Shown piece by piece: positions 25,832 through 38,156 of a stretch of 64,000 nucleotides of DNA. The first letter of the stretch is position 1, and every line of letters begins with the position of its first letter. The translations under genes were made by a program, and so were the position numbers. This DNA comes from Cycas panzhihuaensis (taxonomy: Eukaryota > Plantae > Cycadophyta). The notes below the pieces were generated by a model. The model saw nothing but the letters and a program-made list of their open reading frames with translations, ran no database searches and had not been told where the DNA came from. Location: assembly GCA_023213395.1 (NCBI GenBank), contig CM041465.1:252347741-252411740 (forward strand), in the 5' to 3' direction.

Positions 25832-26288
25832 CACTCTTTGGGCTCTACTTACCCATTTAATCTAAAATGTAGTGTCATTTATTTGTAGTTTATCCTTATA
25901 AAGATTTCACAAAATTTAGAAAATTCATACCAAAGCTTATTTCCAAAAAGTAGCCCCATCTTTTAATCAAACTTTTTGGCATATAAGGAAGGATATTCTA
26001 CTATGGCTGTCTCACAATTCTTGCTTTACTTCTCTCTGCAAAAAACTCAAAAAAAAATTACACTTTAATATTGTTATTTTGAGTGCTCTGCATGTAAAAG
26101 ATTAGGCAAATATGTCCACTCAACCTTTAGACTCTTTAGCACCTTGTATTGTATTTAAATTTATAATTCAATAATATTTTTTTTTTAACCTTAAAAAAAA
26201 AAAAAGGAAAACCACTCTTTATGCTCTACTTACCCATCTAATCCAAAATGTAGGGATATTTATCTGTGGTTTATTCTTATAAAGATTT
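25832..26288 (+). repeat. 76-bp imperfect direct repeat (25832-25907 and 26213-26288)
   Basis: Both read CACTCTTT..GCTCTACTTACCCAT.TAAT..AAAATGTAG...CTTATAAAGATTT and have the same length. Confidence 0.8.
26080..26205 (+). repeat. Short A-tailed dispersed repeat, copy 1 (SINE-like or 5'-truncated LINE end)
   Basis: Aligns with 29202-29336 (TGAGTGC..TGCATGTAAAAGA...CTCTTTAGCA.CTTGTA...AATTTATAATT); ends in A13. Confidence 0.7.
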
Positions 26289-26644
26289 AAATATTCTTTG
26301 ATGATTATTTTAGAGTTTCTTCATGGTTTTGTGTTTTTCCTTACTGTCTTCTCCATGTCTAATCTAAATAAAGGTTCTATTCTTTATTTGGTACTATCTA
26401 TTAATTTTGACATCTTTCTCTACTCTGCTTTTAATTCTCACATTTCTATAGTTACATTATGGCCTAAATTCTATAGGCTTTTCTCTCTGCTCAATACTTT
26501 AGAAATGAGTTTGGAATGTTTTGACTCGAAGCCAGTTACAGTATCTATTATAGACTACTTGGCTAGTATCACTAATAGGTAACTAAATAATAATGGGCCT
26601 TCGAATCAACTAAGAACAATTTGCTAGTTCTCTGACCATGGCAG

Positions 26645-26879
26645 CACGAAACAATTAAGTTGGTAGTAGCTTCTAAGAGTGGAAATTGTGTATGCTATGA
26701 GGGTCACAAGGAGAATTAGCACAACACGAAACAATTAAGTTGGTAGTACCTTCTAAGATTGGAAATTGTGTATGCTATGAGGGTCACAAGGAGAATTAGC
26801 ACAACACGAAACAATTAAGTTGGTAGTACCTTCTAAGATTGGAAATTGATGCTATGAGGGTCACGAGAGAATTAGCACA
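26645..26879 (+). repeat. Tandem repeat, 80-bp unit, ~3 copies
   Basis: CACGAAACAATTAAGTTGGTAGTA starts at 26645, 26725 and 26805. Units are nearly identical, with small deletions in the third. Confidence 0.95.
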
Positions 26880-27239
26880 GGTAAATTGAGAGTTTTGAGG
26901 AGCAAGATAATGATGACTTCCAAGACAACATTTTAAGGGGATTCTTAGTCAAAGACAATCCTTAGAGTGCTTATAATCATGATAATTTTAATGATTGGGC
27001 AATTTGGACGAAGGAGGTAAATTTTTATCATACTATAATGTGACCCAGATCAAGTTAAATAAAAATATCAAAAAAAAACCTATTTTAACATTGACGAATA
27101 ACTTAGGACTCTTTTGAAAAGGGTTTGAATACGGAAAAGAAATTAAAAACTAAAATATTTTGAAAATATCCCTCACTAAAATATTTTAACAAACTTTAAT
27201 TTTAATTCACTTTTCCCTTAATATTGAAAATGTTTTGGA

Positions 27240-28200
27240 ATTTAGCGAGCGTCCGGACTCCACAACTCTCAATCTTCGCCTCTGCGGCGAGGCACGACAC
27301 GAGGAAGGTCGAGGAGGGGCACCTCCACGGGGTAACACACTACCGCGCGGGGAACGAGCATTGACGTCCAATAGTTGACAGTGATAAGGGGATTCGTACC
27401 CTGCACCTGAGCGCACCGATGACGTGCACGGAGACGGCTAGGATTAGACCCCAACATTTGGGGCAACGAAGCTTACTTAACACACGATGACTACACAGGC
27501 GAGCGTATTACACGAGGGACCACGAGCCAAGGGACCACAAGCCAAGGGTCGCTATAAACCATTCCGAGCCGCGTTCTACTAAAAATTAGACAACCAGAGC
27601 ATTACGATTCAGGACGCACCGACTGAAACACGGGAAGGATTGAACTTGTGCACAGGGGATTCTTCAGCGGTGGTCATATACCCGGCTGCCATTACGGGAG
27701 TCGACTCAATACGATTTGAAAACGATTAGAATGTCGGCGGAGAACGCACGATGGCATTAGCTGCAGGTCACGTTATGTGGTGTCCACCCGCCAGGTTAGG
27801 AATGCGACGGGACACCGTAGACATGACCGTGAATACCATGACAAGAATGGAACGATGACGGCAAAGGAGTTGCGAGACGCTAGTTAATGCCACGTGGCAG
27901 AAAATAATCCGAAGATGCTCATCCCCGTGGCACAACGGCGGAGATATACTTACAATTATGGAGTGGGGTCGACTCTGGGGTGGACCACAACAAAAAGGCC
28001 ATCTAAGGGTAATTAAAATCGCCGGACCACGGCCGAACAATTTGACTATTGGAGTAATATTTTTTTATATTTATATTATTTATGGTATATAGGTCCTCAA
28101 AGGGCCTCCGGACGTAACGTTGCACAATTAAATGTTGTACGAAGAAGTGAACCAAATTGCAACCCACGCTCGGCGCAGCCTCTTTTGGTTTGCAATCAAA
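27240..28200. promoter_or_regulatory. CpG-rich non-coding island, candidate distal regulatory element
   Basis: Abrupt GC/CpG rise against AT-rich flanks, perfect G-box palindrome TGCCACGTGGCA 27888-27899, several TGACG/ACGT cores, no recognisable ORF. Function is inferred. Confidence 0.4.
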
Positions 28201-29201
28201 TATCTCTTAGATCCTTTGAAACCCTCTATATTAGCTTTTCTTCATTTTATTTAATGTTTTTTCCTATCTAGGTCATGGGTCACTCGTGTTCTACTTTACT
28301 CTTTCTTATTTAGGGTTTGTCTTTATGTGGTAGAGTTGGGGTCACTCATTGAGGCCTATTTAGGGAACCATGTTGCTTATTACTTGGATTAATAAAATCA
28401 AGTTTTCACTTTGTCTCATCTACTCACTCTTTCATTCCACTTCACTATTTTGTATTTAGGCTTTACCTATATATGATAGATATACCTTGACTCCATTGTA
28501 TATATTTAGGGAACCAAGCCCTCTATTAATATAGATTAATAAGATAAGTTTTCTCTTGGTCTTATATATATAATTTAGGCTTGACAGATGAGAAAAATCC
28601 CGTACTATGACATTTGATGAAGATGTACAATAGCACATATAGGCCATAAAGAAGTCCCAATTGATGTGCATGTTGTTGTATGCAATTTATGTTTGTTATT
28701 AATTCATAAATTGCTATTCCTTTTAGAGACCATAAAGCTTATAAAAGGTGATTTTACCTAACAAAGAAAGTATGCAGAGTAAGAGTACATATTTGATCCA
28801 TTGTCACAGAATGTAGTAAAGTGTTAATATTAGACCCACCAATATTAATGGTAACATTGGTACCACTTATTTTGACCTCAACTACCTCAATTTTCAAATA
28901 CGTGGTTATATCTTTATCATATGTTGATTGTTTGAGCATGTAAGAAAAAGGACTTTAGTTTTTAAGGCACTTAAATGAAATACCATATTGGTGCCAAAGG
29001 TGGTTGTTCGATCTCCATTAAGAATTAATATTATTCATTGTTGACAGTTATTTAAGATGAGGGTATACAAAACACAAAACCATACATTTTAAGAGTAGTT
29101 ACAAGGAGTTTTGGAAGAGAGTGAGTGATAGAATTAAAACCAAGAAAGCTAATATAAATAATAGAGTGTAGGTAATGCCCATTATGTTAGTTGAGAAACT
29201 A

Positions 29202-29336
29202 TGAGTGCATTGCATGTAAAAGACTGGGCAAGTACATCCACTTGACCTTTGGGCTCTTTAGCATCTTGTACTGCATTTGAATTTATAATTTAATGATATC
29301 TATTTTTACTTTCAAAAAAATAGAAAAAAATAAAAA
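29202..29336 (+). repeat. Short A-tailed dispersed repeat, copy 2
   Basis: Homologous to 26080-26205; ends in an interrupted A-rich tail. Confidence 0.7.
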
Positions 29337-31260
29337 TTATGTATTTTTCTCTCTTAGAAAATAACAAATGCTCCAAAACCAATATTGTGAGATATACATG
29401 ATTAACCCCCTAAAATCAAAATGAGTGCATTTAATAGGCTACATCTAAACATTGTTATGTTTTTTTTTTAAATTAGAGACTAATATATTATGCACATTGA
29501 TGATATAACCATTAAACTAACATATGGTATGCACACAAAAGTATGCAATTTTTAAACCATAAAGATGAAAGGCTTGTTAATTAGTACTTAAGTATTACCA
29601 CTTGCCTTACACACAGTTAGATTTAAAATGTGATGCTTAGAGTTATACAAGCCAAATGGAATGAAGGCTTAGAATAATCGCTAAGCACATTAAATTGAGT
29701 TATCCATGGAGTTGCTTGAATATCTATACCATATATTTAAAATTTTTACTACTTCATGGCATGGACTTCCACACTAACCTTTCATATTTAACCATCCTGT
29801 TAACCTACACTAGATAGCAATTGCATAGCATTTCATGCTATTTATTTATATTTAGCCAACCATATTTCTAATTTATAAAATGAAAACCAATATTATGTGG
29901 AATTTATTAAATCAAATTTAACCATGAAAATTAGCATAAGGGAGTGTTATTGTGCTACTTATTTACTATCGTTGTATGCTAGTATGCATTAAAATAGTTA
30001 GTGTGGGCCATGTGCATAAGCAAAACTCCATGATTAGAATGAATCTTATGGTCTTATGGGCTTCAATTAATAGTCATGGCTACTAAATAAAACTTCCTTT
30101 GTTTCTCTGAATGCATATATTCAAATGGAGGCAAGATTACTCCTTGATCTATTCTCACTAATTTTGTAATGTTTATATTAGTGGTGCTTATTAAAGGGAA
30201 GGATATCTTTGTAAGTGCAAGCTATGAAATTTTGTTAGATTTTTTGAAAAATGTACTCACCTATCAAGTGTTGTCCTATGGTGTTCTTTCCTTTGTGTTT
30301 ATTTGCAAAAAGTAAAAATGTTATGTAAGTCTTTTGTTTTTTTTTTGGGTGTTAGTATTTGGAAAGCAAATGATGATAAGGATATTGATTTGATCACTCT
30401 AAATGCAAACGTAAGAAGTTGTCCTTCCCACGTAAGAATTGGCAGTTAGGTTAAACAATCCTTACAAAGGGCCATGCTTACCTTCCAGGGATGTTGAAAT
30501 GATTACATTAGGGTCATGACAACTGCCATTCAATCACTTAAACGTGTTCATGTCTTGAGATTCCACCTTAACACATATAATTTCACATAAAAAACCCACT
30601 ATAAACCACTGACGAGGCTTCCTCTCTCTGTAAATGAATAGATGCTCATATGCTTATTTTAAATGATGTTTGAATTTTGTTGAAGTGATGTGTATGCCGT
30701 GTAAACTAGTTCAATGAATGACCTTACACCCCAAGTGATCGAACATCAATTGAGAGCACACTTACGAGTGTGTTGCACTCCCTCCCAATAGTGTAAATTA
30801 TACACTTGTAATTATAGCCCATGAACTGGACATGGTAATATATGGTGTGCTTTCCACCCACCTTAGACATGCTTTGGCTTGCAAAGTTTACCAACACTCC
30901 CATGGACAAAGGGAAGGGATGCTCCCTAGAGTGCTGGAGACAATCACATCTATGAGATGAGTGATGGCCGTGCTCTAAACTTGACGGCGAAAATTAAATT
31001 TGATATTTTTTAGATTCCATAATGATGTCCCCCCTACGCAATTATCCGCATCATCTTTGCGGTTAATTTTGCACCGAATATTAAAATTAACCCCCCGCAA
31101 TCTGTGTTGGGATGTCAAAACGACGCCCTCGATGTTCGACGACCGTTTTCCTTTGCCATTGATACTTGACGCGCAATCGTCATTTTCCCAAAGGCATTAG
31201 GTCGAAGCATGACGTGTAATAATATTATTATTATTATTGTAACGCGATAAGTGGGGTGTT

Positions 31261-31400
31261 GAGGTTTGGTGAGAAATGTAGTTGTCCGGGGGTAGGTGGG
31301 CGAGGCGGGCTGCCTACCCCGTAGGAGGATCCCGTCCTACGTGGACACTGCTGACGAACTGCAACGCTACGTCCCTCCCTCCCTTGCACCATAAATATGG
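31261..31400 (+). promoter_or_regulatory. C4H proximal promoter with MYB AC-type elements and TATA-like box
   Basis: Minus-strand ACCAAAC 31264-31270 and ACCTACC (AC-I) 31291-31297; plus-strand CCTACC 31313-31318; TACGTG 31338-31343; CATAAATA 31390-31397. AC elements are established in phenylpropanoid gene promoters. Confidence 0.65.
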
Positions 31401-31608
31401 CCGATGTGCGGGTTTCTTCGGCAGCGCTAGTAGCTCAAGCCCAGCGTGTGTAGCCTACGTTATATGCTTCGACAGAGAATAGAATTGGTTCGTATTCTAC
31501 TGCCGTCGCAGTGTGTCGTATGACCGTGTGGTGTTACTGCATGCATTCTGTTGAGCAGGCGAGCATCGAATTCACGTTGGTTTCTTCCAAATATTTGTGG
31601 GCGAGAGG

Positions 31609-33706
31609 ATGGCGTTAGTCTGGTTAGAGGCCATGAATTTGGAGAAGGGCCTGGTGGCTCTCTTCGTGGCGGTGGTGGGGGCCATCATCGTGTCGAAGCT
31701 GAGAACCAGGAGGCTGAAGCTGCCGCCCGGCCCGTTGGCATTGCCGATATTCGGCAACTGGTTGCAGGTGGGAGACGACCTGAACCACAGAAATCTGTCG
31801 GACCTCGCTAAGAAGTACGGGGAAATATTTCTGCTGAAGATGGGGCAGAGAAACCTGGTGGTCGTGTCGTCCCCCGACCTGGCCAAGGAGGTGCTGCACA
31901 CCCAGGGCGTCGAGTTCGGTTCGCGCACCAGAAACGTGGTGTTCGACATCTTCACCGGGAAGGGACAGGACATGGTGTTCACGGTGTATGGGGAGCATTG
32001 GAGGAAGATGAGAAGGATCATGACGGTGCCCTTCTTTACGAACAAGGTCGTCCAGCAGTACAGATTTGCATGGGAGGACGAGATCGGGCGTGCCGTCGAG
32101 GATGTGAGGAAGCGTCCAGAGGCTTCCACCACCGGTATTGTGATTCGACGGCGCCTGCAGTTGATGATGTACAACATTATGTACAGGATGATGTTCGACA
32201 GGAGGTTCGAGGGCGAGGAGGACCCCCTCTTCCTCAGGCTGAAGGCCCTGAATGGCGACAGGAGTCGTCTGGCTCAGAGCTTCGAGTACAATTATGGGGA
32301 TTTCATCCCCATTCTCAGACCCTTCCTCCGGGGGTACCTCAACATCTGCAAGGATGTCAAGGAACGCCGGCTTTCCTTGTTCAAGAATTATTTCATTGAT
32401 GAGCGCAAGTATGTGCATTTGTTTTATTGTGTTTTTCGATTGTTTCGCAGTGCATTGTGCCAAGCCCACCTTGTTTGTTTGATTTTGTGTTATGGAGATT
32501 TCGATTCTTCGGATTTATTTATTTATGTCTTGCGAAGGGCGATTGGCGCTGAAAATAAGGGTTAACAATAGTGGTTTTGATTTTGCAAATGGGTTCAGCG
32601 TTTGCCCACCATATTTGATCTTCGGGGGTGGAATGAATCTTCCGGTTTTGTTAACAGTGGTATTTACCGACTGTGATCCCGGGATAAGCCCCTTTCCATA
32701 CTGTAACATGTCTGCAAATCAGATTTGGCTTCTGGAGGTTTCTGAAGTTTGTGTAGAGAGGCCCTTTGGATTGCAAAATGTGTGCCCTGGCAGCGGTATT
32801 GTATGTCGGCTGATTCAGTTTTTGTTGTTGACGCAGGAAATTGTCCAGTACCAAGGGCTCCAGCAGCGTTGATGACAAGTGTGCCATTGATCACATCTTG
32901 GATGCCCAGAGCAAGGGGGAGATTAGCGAGGATAATGTCTTGTACATTGTGGAGAACATTAATGTTGCAGGTAATTTTCATCTGGGAAACCTAGGCTGGA
33001 TTAATTGCTTTCAATTAAAAAGAATTAAATGAAAGGGAAGAGACAGAAACTGCTTAGAAACCCCGGCTTTGTAATCTTTATTGGAGAAAAATATTAACTG
33101 GTTTGTTGTGGCGCAGCGATCGAAACCACCCTCTGGTCCATGGAATGGGGCCTGGCCGAAATCGTGAACCACCCTGATGTTCAGCAGAAGATTAGGGATG
33201 AACTGGACACTGTTCTAGGCCGCGGAGTGCAGATAACCGAGCCGGATACCACGAGGCTGCCATACCTACAAGCCGTGATCAAGGAAACTCTGCGATTGCA
33301 CATGGCAATCCCGTTGTTGGTGCCTCATATGAATCTGCACGAGGCTAAATTAGCAGGTTATGACATCCCAGCCGAGAGCAAAATCCTTGTAAACGCATGG
33401 TGGCTGGCCAACAATCCGGAATGGTGGGAGAAACCCGAAGAATTTATCCCGGAGAGATTCTTGGAGAGTAAGATCGAAGCCAGTGGAAATGATTTCAGGT
33501 TCTTGCCGTTTGGAGTCGGAAGGAGAAGTTGCCCTGGAATCATTTTGGCGCTGCCCATTTTGGCACTGTCCATTGGAAGGCTAGTCCAGAGCTTTGATCT
33601 CTTGCCCCCACCTGGACAGGACAAGGTGGATGTAACTGAGAAGGGAGGGCAATTCAGCCTGCACATTTTGAACCATTCGGTTGTTGTAGCCAAGCCCAGA
33701 GCCTAG
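31609..33706 (+). CDS. C4H: Trans-cinnamate 4-monooxygenase (cinnamate 4-hydroxylase, CYP73A, class I); join(31609..32408,32837..32970,33117..33706), 507 aa (499 aa from ATG 31633)
   Basis: N-terminal anchor, LPPGP hinge, [56 protein letters not shown]-helix [23 protein letters not shown], heme motif [14 protein letters not shown] introns preserve the frame (800+134+590=1524 nt). Confidence 0.97.
32409..32836 (+). other. C4H: C4H intron 1 (428 nt)
   Basis: AA|GTATGT ... TTGTTGACGCAG|G; phase 2, restores ERKKL. Confidence 0.93.
32971..33116 (+). other. C4H: C4H intron 2 (146 nt)
   Basis: CAG|GTAATT ... GTGGCGCAG|CG; phase 1, restores NVAAIET. Confidence 0.93.
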
Positions 33707-36475
33707 ATTGGAGTGTGCACGACTTGTTATGATATACTACTACAAAAGTGTGCACCAAATAAGGGGTTCAATAGCACAGTTTGTACTGTCTCTGCCTGAG
33801 AATGTTGTTTGGGTATCAGTGGACTATAAATTTCCCTTGTTAAATTATATAGACTCTGTTGTGTATATCGATATATGGTCCATGCTAAATGTGAGTGAAA
33901 ACATATCACGCACGGATGGGTATGGCTGCAAGAGGCTGTCTTGGGCAATTATATAGATCGTGGTGGCTGCAAAACGGGCATTTCTGGGAATAAATGGACT
34001 ACACATTTGTTATAGTACGTAATATACTGTGTTATGTATAGTTGTGTAGAGGAATGTGGCTTTATGTACACCAGTAAGATAAATAATTGTCATTATCCTT
34101 TCTATGGAAGATGAGAGGGCATTGGGCAAATGTCGCTGAATTCGGAATATCCTTTTTATCTTGATAAAACTGCTAAAACAGATTCATATTATTATGTTCC
34201 ATATTACAGGCTAGGGGATGGTCTGAGTAAGTGGCAAGTATTAAGAGAGTGGACACCGTTATCCCAACCTGAGGTAGCACTATCCTTGTTCATCCGTAAG
34301 CCCATTGTTTGTGGAATGCTGTTTCAATGAATCATGGAAGCATTAATCATCCTTGATGTCAAGCGATAAAAGATGAAGTGTCTATTTTAAATTTCCCTGC
34401 AGCGTATTTGCCCAGTTGAAACGCCTAAATGCACCACATTGAATGGATGCAGAGCTCTCCAAGGCTACATTGAATCCCTTCCGTGCAGAGTACTGTGTCT
34501 GTCTAATTGGGGCAGCATCTCCAGTGTCCCCATCCAACTTAAATCTATGAAACTAAGGCTAGCAGTTCTCTCCAAGCTTCATGGGAAGCACTACACCACT
34601 TCAATTGGATGCATTTAAATCCCATGTGGACACCAAAGATGGAATTTGATGCAGTGCTGTATCATCTTGCCAGAGCCTGATTTGTTTGCCGCAGTGCATT
34701 TAGGCTTGTCCTTGCAGAGCACATGGCCTATTCTATGTCTAACTTGAACCAAGTTCCTGACAAAAACATAGGTTGCAATTGTTGCTGGTACAAGTTCTTC
34801 CCGTTTTAAAAAAGAAATCATCTGCCATTTAAATGCACTGTATTAAAGAGATTCGGTATTTTCTGACACTTTTTCCAATCCTTTAATACAAAGGACACTA
34901 TCAGCTTGGTGCGGGGTGGCCTGGAAAATTCTTGATCGACATCCCAGTTAAATGCTTACATCCAATGACTGCAATTTCTCCCAACACTCCTCGGATGCAT
35001 TGCAAACCTTTGATTAGAACATTTAAGCCATCTAATAATACACAACATGTGAGAAAACGAGTGGATGCCTTATATCCTGAAAAACACCAAAAGGTTTACA
35101 AAAATCTCTGATATTTGTAGGTAACTAAGGAATAAGGCACCTTTTTCTGAACTGCTCTGCCCAACTTGAAAACATTTATACAGAACACTCCGGGTAAATT
35201 TAGCCCAGCGTGTTCAGACGATGGGTCTACTTGCAGGGTCCATTGCTCCCTTCAAACCCAACAGGGTAGAGGTGGTTGCGATAGTGAAATGGCACCTAAT
35301 AAGAAAAAAAATTACACCCTATACACTCCTCCACTTGGGTTACTTTTCACCAATTCTCAATAAATTTTCTCTATTTTAATTTAACGTTGTCTGTGGCAGG
35401 AAAATGGTGGGCTCTTCCATAGTTCATTGATGCAGTAGGTCTTCAAAGAACACATCCAAGCTGCCGTTTTACCTCCCAAGATTCGTTCTCATATTCTTCT
35501 GCAATTCGCTTTAAATTAATCCATGCCGTGCAAGTTTGAAATTTACGGCTCAATTTTTCAAAATTATTTCGAGATAAAATTTGATGGCAATACAGAAGGA
35601 GTGGCCTTCACAGTTGATGGCCAATAATTTATTTATTTGGTCATTGTATTTGCCGGTTCAGAACAAAATTTAACAACCAATTTGGCCGTCAATTTCCAAC
35701 ACTTGATACTAGGGAGCATATGATTATTCATTGAATCTACTGACCACCAAACTTTTTGGAGTGCAATCATTATTGGTTTTCGGCTCTTGCATTTGGCACG
35801 AATTTGAGAATGGGCAGAGTGTAGGGTGTGTTCCATTTTTTGTATCATACCTTGGGGTTTAGAGGGGCTTTTAACAAAATGGAAATGGACCAGAAACATG
35901 ACTCTCATTCTCCAGGATTCCAGAGAGGATTCTGGAGTATTCTCGTGTATGAGGATTTTACAACTGTATTGTTAACACCCTTTTTTAAATTATAGAAAAC
36001 CACCATATTTTAGAGTAAGAATACTCCCCATAACTATGAGATAGCTATCAATTTCAAAAATTACAATTGTAATGAGAGGGGCAATAATTTTGACCTAAAT
36101 TGAAAGTATATTTAATTTACATAATTGTAACCTTGATATGTGTGTAACGTTTTTTTTATTGGTATTAATAATAATAATTGGAAGAATGTGGTCCACCATA
36201 TGTACGAGAGGGCCTTGAAGTCCCATTAAACATCAACGTAGATTTCACTTTTCAAAGAACATAGTTGTAACATTTTAATGATGTATTTTTCTTTTAAAAA
36301 AATCATGTTAACTTCGCACAATGTGCACTTTGTTATTTTAAATGTTCCTTGACAAGTTCAACTTTGCACCCCTCTTTTCAAGTTCAAAATGTCATTTGCC
36401 TTTTTGTTGTCCATATATTTTTGTTATTTCTTTTCTTAGAAAAGAGTGGTCCCTTAAAGGCTAAATATATATCTT

Positions 36476-36500
36476 ACAACAACAACAACAACAACAACAA
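36476..36500 (+). repeat. (ACA)8 microsatellite
   Basis: ACAACAACAACAACAACAACAACAA seen directly. Confidence 0.95.
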
Positions 36501-38156
36501 ATATTATAGAGTGATTGATGTAGAGTCATTAAAAAATGCAAAAAAATTAACAATCTAGCTAATAGAATTTCATAAAGTTGTCCCAAGTTAGAGGAACATA
36601 TATTGACATTGTTTCCAATAAGATCACTACAAAAAGACCAACATTACACTTGATTAACTTGGCACTTAGAGTAACACCAATTGCCAAAAGTATTATTGAG
36701 CATAAAGGTAAAGAAGAGTGTTAATTTTACATAGCATCAAAAAAGAACTAATCAAAACCTATTCCAACAAGAAACAATATAGCAAAAGACATGAGTTACT
36801 CTAAAAACAAATTGCCTCTCTAGCCATGACAAGCAAAAATGCTCCAACATATCTTGGTACTTGGTTTCTCAATTTAATTATCCTAGAATCTCAACCAACA
36901 ACTCATTTTGGGGAGATGAGATGTCAAAAGGGTTTTCCAATTTGCCCTTCAATTTTTTTGAAGCATCCAAAAAGAGTTTTATTATTAAAAAACATCTTTC
37001 TATTTCAATTTTCAAATGCAAAAAATAATAGAAACTCACAATTTCTATTAAAGATATAGTGTAAGGTGATCTAGGTCAACAAAAAAACCCTAAACAAATT
37101 GAATTTTTTGTCATAAGCTATTTGAACTTGTGGGAGGACAAAATTCCTTGGGTATTAGTTTGGCAAAAGGGCATTCCAAGAAAAAAATATAATATTAGAA
37201 AATTATAATATTGTTTCATCCAAGGCCTATGTATCCAAGTTTAGCTTTAGTAGAGAGATTACAGTCCATAATGATTGACAACAACATCATGATTTTGTAG
37301 GTCACTTTCCCTTCTCAAAGGGTCTTGAATCCAAGTCTCCAAGTTTTTGTTCTTCCCTTAGTATTATGGGGTTTACAACAAGAGGGATTGAGTGGAGTAG
37401 AGGTTCTTGAATTAATTTCCTAAAAAAATGAGAGTTATCAATACATTTCTAGGGCTTCAATCAAAGTATACATAGAGTGAAAATAAGTCTTATAATTCTA
37501 ATTGCTAAGATTATTCATACATTTGAATAAACAATCATGTACACGATAAACATGCATATTGTCTGTTGGTTTTTTATTCTCAATTGAAATATACAATAAT
37601 AGTAGTGGATTTTAACTTCTAGGTCAAGCTTAGGGTTGGGCTCTTAAACTCTCTCATTGAATCTATACAAGTGGGGTGGGAGGGGAGGGGTATAATTTTG
37701 AATTGCTGAGAGCAATTATTTATATTCTTTCTTATTAATTCCAATTGGTTATAATCAATTACAACCCTTGGCCATACACTTTATCACGTGATTATAATAA
37801 TGACTTTTGGTTAATATTTACAATTATGCCCATTATCTATTTGTCACGACCATTAGTTATTTATCATAACTATATAATATTTGGAAATTTTAGCAATTGG
37901 GTTTGTTAATATGCATACATGGACTTTTATGCACATGAACTAAAATTTGGGAGCATGAATCTTACCACTCTAAAATGTTTAGATTCCATAATAGAATTAC
38001 CCATAAGAAACAAACTTATATGCCCCACTCCTTATTGACATTCTTCAAACAAAGACAAACACAATTGTTATTTCCTATACAAATTATGATTTAAATAGCC
38101 TCTTCTTATTCGTTTGGTAAAAATCACATTTAAAAATAAACTATATTAAAATCAAA

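Noticed and set aside
26645-26879. Regularly spaced repeats as a CRISPR array
   Set aside because: The whole 80-bp unit repeats with no unique spacers, there are no cas genes, and the context is eukaryotic.
27388-27402. tRNA/SINE B-box-like AGGGTACGAATCCCC on the minus strand
   Set aside because: It mismatches GTTCGA, and I find no A-box or cloverleaf.
31572-32469. Long antisense ORFs (201 and 281 aa) over C4H exon 1
   Set aside because: Expected shadow of GC3-rich codon usage; no recognisable protein motifs.
31597-32565. 322-aa ORF as a complete protein
   Set aside because: It starts at a GTG and reads through the intron 1 donor; the spliced model restores the full P450.
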